A stretch of 64,000 nucleotides of DNA from Sedimentisphaerales bacterium (lineage in GTDB: Bacteria > Planctomycetota > Phycisphaerae > Sedimentisphaerales > Anaerobacaceae). The notes under the pieces are model-generated. The model was not told the origin of the DNA and did not search any database. It worked only from the letters and a program-made list of their open reading frames with translations. Below are positions 53,570 to 62,160 of the stretch, in pieces (the stretch's first letter is position 1; each line of letters opens with the position of its first letter). The stretch is from positions 2,400,001-2,464,000 of the forward strand of contig OY970194.1 of assembly GCA_963708075.1 (NCBI GenBank), in the 5' to 3' direction. The translations under genes and the position numbers were made by a program.

Positions 53570-53928
53570 CTGCTATTCTCCTTGTCTACATGCGGCCCCC
53601 GCCCTCGGGGGTAACGGTGTAAATTCCCCCGCCGGCAGCCGGGCTACCCACAATAAACGGATACGCCTGCGGGTCCACCCGGCCAATGACACGGACGCAC
53701 GGGCCGGTTGCGGATGTCCCAAGGCACAACCGCGACACAGTGTATCCCCAAGCCACCCGAAAGGAAACTGATTTTTCCTCACGCCGGGGAGCAGTTTGAC
53801 CGTGATGCGGCTTCCACCTGCAGTCCGAGACGGGGAAACACTCACATCAAGGAAGGAAAAACCCACCTTCTCTCTTCTGATTGCGGACCAGTGTGCCGCG
53901 TATCAAGGTTCGTGTTTAAGGAGTGCGT

Positions 53929-54675
53929 ATGATTTGGACCTATGCGCTGGCCAGCGTCGTACTTGTCAGCCTCTTATCACTGACGGGTATCGTCTTTCTG
54001 ATGATCGACAGGGCCAGACTGCAGAAGATGTTGCTCGTGCTCGTCAGTTTCGCCGTGGGCGGACTGGCGGGCGATGCCTTCATCCACCTGATCCCGGCAG
54101 CGTTCCGAGATCTGGGGCTCACGCTGTCTACGTCCCTCCTCATCATCCTGGGGGTGATCCTGTTCTTCGCTGTGGAGAAACTTATCCGCTGGCGTCATTG
54201 CCATCTGCCCTTTTCTGCGCAGCATGTCCACCCGGTGGCTGTCCTGAACCTGGCCGGTGACGCGGTGCACAACCTCATCGACGGCATCGTCATCGGGGCC
54301 AGCTACGCGGTCAGCATTCCCATCGGCGTGACCACAACCATTGCCGTCGTACTGCATGAGATCCCCCAGGAAATCGCCGACTTCGGCATTCTTGTCCATG
54401 CAGGTTTCACAGTCCGACGCGCGCTGCTGTTCAACCTTTTGTCTGCTCTGACGGCGATCGGCGGGACGGTCATGGCCTTGACCATTGGGCCGCGCGTCGA
54501 GTCGTTTTCCCTCATCATGCTCCCAATCACCGCGGGCGGGTTCATCTACATCGCCGGCTCCGACCTTATTCCCCAGATCCAGGAGGCGTGCGACGGCATA
54601 CGCGTCACACTGGCCCATTTCTTCGCCATCCTGCTTGGCATCGGCCTGATGTCCCTGCTGACACTGCTCGACTGA
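53929..54675 (+). CDS. ZIP family metal transporter
   Basis: DAVHNLIDG, HEIPQE and AGGFIYIA.SDL motifs; His-rich loop. Confidence 0.93.
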   Translation: MIWTYALASVVLVSLLSLTGIVFLMIDRARLQKMLLVLVSFAVGGLAGDAFIHLIPAAFRDLGLTLSTSLLIILGVILFFAVEKLIRWRHCHLPFSAQHVHPVAVLNLAGDAVHNLIDGIVIGASYAVSIPIGVTTTIAVVLHEIPQEIADFGILVHAGFTVRRALLFNLLSALTAIGGTVMALTIGPRVESFSLIMLPITAGGFIYIAGSDLIPQIQEACDGIRVTLAHFFAILLGIGLMSLLTLLD

Positions 54676-54708
54676 ATCGGGAGAGACCGCCCCGCATGAA
54701 TGTCAATA

Positions 54709-54964
54709 AGTGGAGTTCTGCAAAATGGAAGTTGGACTTATTATTCAAGAAAATCCGCTTTGGGATTTCCTTGAATCGACAAGTGGTTCGTGCGTGTTGC
54801 ACACCCCGCGAGGGTCTGTTTTGCCGCGTGTAGCAAGGCAATCTCCGGTCGCTTCCCAGGGCACACATCATGCACCCCTGGCGTCTGTTGTTGGAGAAGG
54901 AAAAATGAAAAGCGCATTTTTCCTTCCCCAAGTAAGCCCAACTTCCATTTTGCAGAACTCCACT
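54709..54964. mobile_element. MITE / non-autonomous IS derivative (256 bp) with 32-bp terminal inverted repeats
   Basis: Left AGTGGAGTTCTGCAAAATGGAAGTTGGACTTA (54709-54740) matches the reverse complement of 54933-54964 at 31/32 positions. The interior is AT-richer than the flanks and has no ORF. A possible AAT target duplication flanks it. Confidence 0.8.
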
Positions 54965-55048
54965 CAATGATTGCCGGATACCGCACGTCGGCGGCGAATG
55001 TGGTATCATAGGCGTAGATGCACGCTGGCGTGTTTTGCAGGAGCCTGT

Positions 55049-55963
55049 ATGAAGATTCGTCGAATCGTCCGAGTTGCTTTACTGGCGTTACTTGCAGTTG
55101 TGGTGGCCGCCGCCGTCGTGGTTGGAGGGCTCTGGTGGTACTTCCATCCATCGTTTGAGCGAGTGGATCGCGTCGTCTATACGCAACGGCACGGCGTGGA
55201 CCTCACCTTTGACTGTCTGCGCCCTTCGCGACCTAACGGTCTGGGGATTGTCGTCATGGTCAGCGGCGGCTGGCGGTCCGGACCCGAGGGCTTTCGCTCC
55301 TGGATGACAGCGCCCCTGCTGCGTCGTGGATACACGATTCTTGCCGTGTCCCATATGTCTCAGCCCGAGGCGACCGTCATGGAGATCGTGGAGGACGTGA
55401 ACCGGGCCGTGCGATTCATCCGGCACCACGCGAAGGACTACGGCATCGATCCCAACCGCCTCGGGGTCACCGGCGGCAGTGCAGGCGGGCACTTGAGCCT
55501 CATGCTCGCCACTCGCGGCGGACCCGGTGCGCCCGATGCCGCTGATCCGGTGGATCGAGAGAGCAGTGCCGTGCAGGCGGTGGCAGTCTTTTTCCCGGTC
55601 ACGGACCTGCTGAATCTTGGACGCTCCACCGAAAACCCCGGCGACGGCGGCCCCCCGAAGAGTTTCGTCAAAGCCTTCGGGCCGCAGGCAACAGACCCGG
55701 CCGCGTGGAAGAAAATCGGCAGAGACCTGTCGCCAATCTACCATATCACCCCCGCCCTGCCACCCGTGCTGATCATTCACGGCGGCGCGGATACACTCAC
55801 CCCGCTGGAGCAATCCGAATGGTTTGTGGCCCGTGCCGGCGAGGCTGGAGGCACGATAAAACTCGTGGTCCGTCCGGGCAAGAAGCACGGCTGGCCCACC
55901 ATGCTCTGGGATATCCGCCAGTTCGCGAACTGGTTCGACCGGTATTTGCGCCCAGCACGTTAA
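55049..55963 (+). CDS. Membrane-anchored alpha/beta hydrolase (esterase/lipase)
   Basis: N-terminal TM, SGGW, GGSAGGHL nucleophile elbow, HG.AD and HG motifs. Confidence 0.88.
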   Translation: MKIRRIVRVALLALLAVVVAAAVVVGGLWWYFHPSFERVDRVVYTQRHGVDLTFDCLRPSRPNGLGIVVMVSGGWRSGPEGFRSWMTAPLLRRGYTILAVSHMSQPEATVMEIVEDVNRAVRFIRHHAKDYGIDPNRLGVTGGSAGGHLSLMLATRGGPGAPDAADPVDRESSAVQAVAVFFPVTDLLNLGRSTENPGDGGPPKSFVKAFGPQATDPAAWKKIGRDLSPIYHITPALPPVLIIHGGADTLTPLEQSEWFVARAGEAGGTIKLVVRPGKKHGWPTMLWDIRQFANWFDRYLRPAR

Positions 55964-56176
55964 GCCACAGGCCGTAAGCCATAGGGGCTTATCTTACAGA
56001 GACCATGCCTGTGGCCACCCAGCCGCCAGCGAAACGCTCACCGGTATTTGCGTCAAATCCCCACCCCGCGCATCGCCCCTGTCGGTGTAGCATTCGACTG
56101 TAGTATCGTTTTGCGTTTCTGACGCGGGTCAGACTAGCGCGGTGCCAGCCGCCGGATAGGAAAGGGAGATGCTGCC

Positions 56177-57538
56177 ATGGGAAACCGTAGAATTGCGTTC
56201 GCGATGGTGCTGTCTTTCATTGTAGCGGCTTGTGGTGTTTCCACGGGATGGGCGGATGAAGTGACGTACTGGAACCAGGTGGCGCTGGAGATCATGCAAC
56301 AGAGTGCAACGCACCCGCCGAAAGTCGGTCGGGACCTGGCGATCATGCACTCCGCGATGTACGACGCGCTGAATGCGATTGAGGGGACGCACTACCCTTT
56401 GTTCTACGAACCTTCTGTTACAGGGCCGGCATCACAGGAGTCTGCCGTTGCGGCGGCTGCGCATCAGGCACTCGTGAACCTGTACCCCGCGTATGCAGCG
56501 AGCCTGAACCAAATGCTCAACACCAGACTGGCCGCCATTCCGGATGGGGCCGCCAAGAGTAACGGCGTCGCGCTGGGGCAGAGCGTCGCCGACAACATGC
56601 TTGCCCTGCGAGCCTCGGACGGATCCAATCTCAGCGCTGATTATCCGGGAAGCACCACGCCCGGACAGTGGCGTCCTACCCCGCCGGGGTACAAGCCCGC
56701 CCTGGCACCACTGTGGGGCAACGTCACTCCATTCAGCATTTCCAGCGCGGATGACTTTCGTCCCGGCCCTCCCCCCGCACTCACCTCTCCGGAGTACGCC
56801 GCGGGCGTCGAGCAGACGAAAGAACTCGGGCGTTCCAACAGCACAACGCGAACGCCGGACCAGACCCAGATCGCCACGTTCTGGAGTGACTCTCCCGGCG
56901 CTACGGCCTCTCCTGTGGGCAAATGGAACCTGATCGCCCAGACACTGGCCGAACAACAGGGCAACTCCCTGGCTGAGAACGCGCGAATGTTCGCCCTGCT
57001 GGACGTCGCGCTGGCCGATGCAGGAATCGTCTGCTGGGACACGAAGTACACTTACGGTCTGTGGCGGCCGGAAGATGCCATCCGCCTGGCTGACACGGAT
57101 GGAAACCCGGCGACCCAAGCTGATCCCTCCTGGACTCCCTACCTGGCCAGCCCCGCCTTTCCAGAGTACACCTCGGGGCATAGCACCTTCAGTGCCACCG
57201 CAGCGGAGATGCTAGGGCTCTTCTTCGGCACCGACGATATCCCATTCGAGACCATAGCGGGCTTTGATGTCCTGGCGGGAGTCACGCGATCTTACGACAG
57301 CCTGTCTGAAGCCGCCCTCGAGGCGGGGATGAGCCGCATCTATGCCGGCATTCATTTCAACTTCTCCAATGTCACCGGTCGAGAAGTGGGGCAGGCCATC
57401 GCCGACTACGTGTTTGCCGCCAACACACAGACAATCCCTGCTCCCGGAAGCCTGATCCTGGTACTCATCGGGGCGGCCTGCCTGATCAGAAGCCGACGCA
57501 TACGCCGTACCGAACCGGAATCCATGAATACTCGGTGA
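56177..57538 (+). CDS. Vanadium-dependent haloperoxidase / PAP2 superfamily protein with a PEP-CTERM-like C-terminal anchor
   Basis: KYTYGLWRP, YTSGHS and SRIYAGIHF motifs; signal peptide; C-terminal IPAPGSLILVLIGAACLIRSRRIRR. Confidence 0.88.
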   Translation: MGNRRIAFAMVLSFIVAACGVSTGWADEVTYWNQVALEIMQQSATHPPKVGRDLAIMHSAMYDALNAIEGTHYPLFYEPSVTGPASQESAVAAAAHQALVNLYPAYAASLNQMLNTRLAAIPDGAAKSNGVALGQSVADNMLALRASDGSNLSADYPGSTTPGQWRPTPPGYKPALAPLWGNVTPFSISSADDFRPGPPPALTSPEYAAGVEQTKELGRSNSTTRTPDQTQIATFWSDSPGATASPVGKWNLIAQTLAEQQGNSLAENARMFALLDVALADAGIVCWDTKYTYGLWRPEDAIRLADTDGNPATQADPSWTPYLASPAFPEYTSGHSTFSATAAEMLGLFFGTDDIPFETIAGFDVLAGVTRSYDSLSEAALEAGMSRIYAGIHFNFSNVTGREVGQAIADYVFAANTQTIPAPGSLILVLIGAACLIRSRRIRRTEPESMNTR

Positions 57539-57743
57539 TATCCTTCAGGACATCGATCAGAGAAATCCATCCCGTAAATCTTCTCAACATCGCTTGCCTG
57601 CCGGAGGCTGCGGAGGTAGACTGACTACCGTGACGGAGGTCCATCGCCTGCGGGACATTTACAGAGCAACATGGTTGGAGAGACGTGAGCAAGAGGCAGA
57701 AACACGCCCAAGGCCCGTGAAAGAGGGGCAAAGGAGAGAGATC

Positions 57744-59144
57744 ATGAGCAGCATGTCGCGAAGAGCGTTTCTGAGAACCAGTGTCGCAGCGGGGGCAGTG
57801 GCATCGCTGGGCGGTCCCGCCGGGCGTGTCGCAAGCAGCGCGCAGGACAAGCCCACCGGCCGGCCCAACATCGTCTTCATACTGTCGGATGACCATGGCC
57901 TGGACGGCGTTGGATGCTATGGCTCCGACCGTCACAAGGGACGGACCCCTAATCTGGACGCTCTGGCCGCCGACGGCATCCGGTTCGAGCGATGCTATTC
58001 GACGCCGCTGTGCGGGCCGACGCGCTGCGAGATCATGACCGGCCGCTATCCCTTCCATACGGGCGGTCTGACCAATCGCACGGCGGGAAAGCCTGTGCCA
58101 CAGGACGAGTACCCGCTGGCCCGCATCCTCAAGGAGGCCGGCTACGACACCTGCCACGTCGGCAAATGGCGGCAGATGGGGTTGACACCGGGGGATTGGG
58201 GCTTTGGCGAGTACGTCACCGACCCCACCGCCGGCGGCTGGTACTGGCAGAAGAGCTACACGAAGAACGGACAACTTATCGAAACAGAGAACGAGATTTA
58301 CTACCCCGACGTCACGCACGATTATGCGGTGGATTTCCTGCGCCGGCACGCACCCAGCGGCTCGGCAGCAGGCAAGCCGTTCTTCCTCTACTACGCCTCA
58401 CATCTTGTCCACGGCCCGATCCTGCGCACCCCGGACAGCAAGCCGGGCGAAGAGGATCCCGTGACCCTCTACAATGACAACATCGCGTACCTCGATAAGC
58501 AGGTCGGCGCCCTGGTGTCGGAAGTGGACCGGCTGGGGCTCCGGGAAAACACGCTGATCGTCTTCTCCGGCGATAATGGCACAGCGCAGCGATCAGGTAC
58601 TATCAACGGCCGGCAGATCAATGGCCAAAAGGGCACCATGCTGGAAGGCGGCGCCCGTGTGCCGCTGATTGCCAACTGGAAAGGCGTTGCGCCGGCAGGA
58701 CGAGTGCTCAAGGATCTCGTGGACTTCAGCGATGTGTTGCCGACATTCGCGGAGGTGGCGGGGACGAAGCTGCCGCAGGGGCGCACGTATGACGGCCGTA
58801 GTTTCTCGCCCCAAATTCGCGGCGGCAAGGGCAACCCGCGCGAGTGGATTTTCGTGCAGCTCGGGCGAAGGTGGTACGTCCGTGACGACGGTTGGAAGCT
58901 CAATGAGGCCAGCGAGCTGTTTGACATGAAGGACTCGCCGTTTGTCGAGCAGCTCGTGCCCGCCGACTCCAAGGACGGAGCCGCCGTGGGGGCACGCAAG
59001 CGGCTTGCGGCAGTGCTGGACAGACTCAATCCCGCCGGCGGAAAGACGATCTCCGCGGAGGACGAAGCCGCCGAGAAGACCCGTGCCCAGAAACAGCGTC
59101 AGGGCGGCGCCAAGAAGCAGGGCCGGCGCAAGCTCAACCGGTGA
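57744..59144 (+). CDS. Tat-exported arylsulfatase-like sulfatase
   Basis: SRRAFL Tat motif, PNIVFILSDD, CGPTR (CxPxR), GKW and SGDNG motifs. Confidence 0.93.
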   Translation: MSSMSRRAFLRTSVAAGAVASLGGPAGRVASSAQDKPTGRPNIVFILSDDHGLDGVGCYGSDRHKGRTPNLDALAADGIRFERCYSTPLCGPTRCEIMTGRYPFHTGGLTNRTAGKPVPQDEYPLARILKEAGYDTCHVGKWRQMGLTPGDWGFGEYVTDPTAGGWYWQKSYTKNGQLIETENEIYYPDVTHDYAVDFLRRHAPSGSAAGKPFFLYYASHLVHGPILRTPDSKPGEEDPVTLYNDNIAYLDKQVGALVSEVDRLGLRENTLIVFSGDNGTAQRSGTINGRQINGQKGTMLEGGARVPLIANWKGVAPAGRVLKDLVDFSDVLPTFAEVAGTKLPQGRTYDGRSFSPQIRGGKGNPREWIFVQLGRRWYVRDDGWKLNEASELFDMKDSPFVEQLVPADSKDGAAVGARKRLAAVLDRLNPAGGKTISAEDEAAEKTRAQKQRQGGAKKQGRRKLNR

Positions 59145-59198
59145 GCGCCCGCCGGGGAGAAAGAATCCTGGTGGGCCCTGCTGCGGTCGCACGGTGCG

Positions 59199-60311
59199 TC
59201 ATTCAATTTTGAGGGTAATGGCGTTGCCGAAGTGCCGCCCATCTTTGAGGTAACCGATGACCGTCAGTGGAGTCTCGCCATCGGTGGGTATCGCCTGCAG
59301 GAGCCTCGCCCTGTCAAACGAGGCAATGGTGATGACCTGGCCGGTCAGCCACAGGAACGTCGTACGCTTCGTGGCTTGCACGCCGAGGGGAGCCAGTATC
59401 ACCGGCTTGGTCTCGTCCACATTCATGGGAAAGTAACCTCTGGGCAGCGTGAGGAACACCGTAACCGGATCGACACCCACATACCGCTTTATCACAGAGG
59501 GCGTGACCGAGACGTCTGCCTCCACATCCACCCGTTCGTCGCCTCCCGGCGTGTTCGGGTCATCCGGCGGCTTGGGCGTGTCTGTGCCCACGATCACCCC
59601 TTGATCAAGCGAGAAGTTGTCGACGAATGCCTTGCCGGCATCCACGACCGCGCCTTCGGTATACAGCCCCATGAAGACGTAGATCGGCTTACGACCCCAG
59701 CGTCCGCGTACAAGATCGGGCAGGATCTGCCATGCGTTTTCAGGGCCGTAGCCCGCCTCGCCCATGTAGATCGTATCACTGGCTGCATCGTAAGAGATGT
59801 GAAGGGTCACTTTGTTGCGGGACCGGCCATCGAACTCCCATCGCACTTCGTATCCGTCCTTCCATTCGCGCCAGAAGCTGCGAAAGAGACTGACACAGCC
59901 AATGCCGAAGGAAACGTACTGCTTTCGCGGCTCGACATTGCTGGGACTCACACCGAACGTGATCCAGCCGCCCTCCATCGTCACCGGGTCATAGTTCAGG
60001 TCCAACCGCATCGCGAAGTCATGGTTCGGGTCGATGGGCCACTTATCGGCGACGTACCCGGTCGACATGGGATTCTCGTTCGTCTTGGCTGTGAATTCCA
60101 GACGCTTGTTGATCTCTTTCACGGTGCAGTTCGTGCTGTCCGCGTACACCTTCCACAGTGTCCCCTTCTTGTTGTCGTCGAAGTTGTCCTGTTGGACGGC
60201 CTGTGTCGTCGTCGATTGCGCCCGCGCGACGCTCCGCAGAATTCCCAACTGTCCCATCACGATGCCGATGGCGACGGCTGCCACGATGTACCGGATTAGA
60301 TTTCGCATCAC
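59199..60311 (-). CDS. Hypothetical secreted protein
   Basis: 370-aa ORF with a signal peptide, two beta-rich domains and a Pro-rich linker. Confidence 0.7.
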   Translation of the reverse strand: MMRNLIRYIVAAVAIGIVMGQLGILRSVARAQSTTTQAVQQDNFDDNKKGTLWKVYADSTNCTVKEINKRLEFTAKTNENPMSTGYVADKWPIDPNHDFAMRLDLNYDPVTMEGGWITFGVSPSNVEPRKQYVSFGIGCVSLFRSFWREWKDGYEVRWEFDGRSRNKVTLHISYDAASDTIYMGEAGYGPENAWQILPDLVRGRWGRKPIYVFMGLYTEGAVVDAGKAFVDNFSLDQGVIVGTDTPKPPDDPNTPGGDERVDVEADVSVTPSVIKRYVGVDPVTVFLTLPRGYFPMNVDETKPVILAPLGVQATKRTTFLWLTGQVITIASFDRARLLQAIPTDGETPLTVIGYLKDGRHFGNAITLKIE

Positions 60312-60776
60312 ATCCCCCTAGTTTCGATCAGTGATCTGGACTCTGCCTGTCGGCCGCCTCCGGCGGCGCAAGCGTTTACCGCGTCCTGGCTTCGCGAAAT
60401 CCTTTTCGTGGCGGCTTTCGGGCGCACACGCAGCGTGCTGAGACGTACACGGCTAATCGGGCCCGACGCTACTATACGCGGAGGCTCCGATGGCCACTCA
60501 GCGGCAACCTTCTCTCGGCAGCCCTACTCCATTCAGCCGCTCCTCCAATCCAATTTCCTATTATACCCTCCCGCCGCAGCTTTGTCCAGCATTTTACTGA
60601 AGTTACAGCATTCCAGCAATCTCGAAAGCGGCAGGGACATTCATTCCTTCCCCCTGCAAAGGAGCACGATTCCCATGCCGTCCCGAGGCTCATCGCCTTT
60701 GGGGGACCTATAAAATACGGGCTACGTGCATATTATGGCCTGCGGTCTGAGGGTTGACCAGCCGAACGGGTCCGGC

Positions 60777-61940
60777 TCACCCGTCCTGCAGGAACTTCTT
60801 GATCATCGCGGCGCAGACGCGATCCAGGCCCTCCGCGGCGTCATCGCCTCCCCGGTTGGTCGCCACCAGCACGGCAAAGTTTTTTCGCGGGGCGACCCAC
60901 ACGACGCAGTAGTTCATGCGGTTGCTGCCGGCGTGCTGGAGGACCTTGCCGCCACCCCAGTCGCGATCGCAGAGTCCCCAGCCAAGGGCGTACTCGCCGC
61001 CGAAGGGAGGCTCCTTCAGTTGCCGGACCTGATCGGGCGGCAGCAGCCCCGGCTCTCCTCGCGTGGCCGCCAGAATACACTGGACATACTTCGCCCAGTC
61101 ACAGATCGAGCAGTGGACCCGTCCTGCCGGCGTGATGAACGGCGGATTGTCACTCGTTGGACCCGGATTGACCGGGGTAATCCGGTCGCCCTGTTTGCGA
61201 TGCTGCCAAGGCGCATCGACATGTCCCCTTGTGCCCATCGCCCCGAACCCTGCCGATTTCATACTCAAAGGTTCGAAGAGCAGACGCTGCAGGAGGACTT
61301 CATAGTCTTCGCCCGTGATGGTCTCCGCAATCACCCCGGCGATGGCGAAACCGGCGTTGGAGTACTCCTGCTTGTCCCCCGGCTGGTTGATCGGGGGCCG
61401 GCACAGGACGATCTCCGTCACCCGTCTCCGCTGCTCGCGTGGCGATTTCATGGCTGTGATCTTCTTGAGTTCCTCGTCCCCTACGGGGGCAAAGCCATCC
61501 GTCATCGGCGGCACCCCGGCGCGATGGGACAGCAGATGAACCAGTGTCACGCCGCGATAATCCGGATGCATCTTATCCTTCAAATCCGGGAAGTACTCCG
61601 CGAGCGTGGTCTCCCACTTCAATTTGCCCTGCTGGACGAGCAGACCGATCAGTGATCCCGTCATAGCCTTCGTGCATGAGCCCAGGTGGAAAGGATCGTT
61701 TGGCTCCACCTTGATATCGCCGCCGTATTTGCGCACGCCGACGACGCCGGCCGCATGGAGCTTGCCATCCACAATCACCGCCGCGGCCAGCGCCGGGAAC
61801 GCATACTCCTCCCGCACACCCATCAGATCCGGCGCAAGATCGACTACCGGCGATGCCCACGTTGCCGGCAATCCGGGGCAGGCTATCGTGAGTAGAACCG
61901 CGGCCGCACAGAACGACCTGACGAATGACTGCATGCTCAT
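60777..61940 (-). CDS. Serine hydrolase (beta-lactamase class C-like family)
   Basis: SCTK (SxxK), LL.H.AG, YSN and HAG motifs. GAGGTGGAG RBS before ATG 61940. Confidence 0.9.
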   Translation of the reverse strand: MSMQSFVRSFCAAAVLLTIACPGLPATWASPVVDLAPDLMGVREEYAFPALAAAVIVDGKLHAAGVVGVRKYGGDIKVEPNDPFHLGSCTKAMTGSLIGLLVQQGKLKWETTLAEYFPDLKDKMHPDYRGVTLVHLLSHRAGVPPMTDGFAPVGDEELKKITAMKSPREQRRRVTEIVLCRPPINQPGDKQEYSNAGFAIAGVIAETITGEDYEVLLQRLLFEPLSMKSAGFGAMGTRGHVDAPWQHRKQGDRITPVNPGPTSDNPPFITPAGRVHCSICDWAKYVQCILAATRGEPGLLPPDQVRQLKEPPFGGEYALGWGLCDRDWGGGKVLQHAGSNRMNYCVVWVAPRKNFAVLVATNRGGDDAAEGLDRVCAAMIKKFLQDG

Positions 61941-62069
61941 GCGACGACTCCACCTCAAGCACAAGACAACTCCTTCCAGCATCACTCCAGCATTATCACC
62001 TCGGCTCTCGGGAAGGGCAATAGCATGCCTGTGCCGCCGCAGCAGCCGGCTCAAACCGGGATTATGCCC

Positions 62070-62107
62070 AAAAAGCCGGGGCCTGTGTCCTACGAACACA
62101 GGCCCCG
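62070..62107 (-). terminator. Rho-independent terminator of the LamG gene
   Basis: Perfect stem GGGGCCTGTGT/ACACAGGCCCC followed on the minus strand by GGCTTTTT. Confidence 0.7.
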
Positions 62108-62160
62108 TTCGATACCACGGAAGATGACCATCCATGAGAACCGTGCACCGGCTCCCAGCC

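Noticed and set aside
53780..53840. Possible yybP-ykoY (Mn) riboswitch upstream of the ZIP transporter (GGGGAGCAG...CCGAGAC)
   Set aside because: P1 pairing is poor, the L3 CGUCA motif is absent and the region is too short. An Infernal scan with the yybP-ykoY model would settle it.
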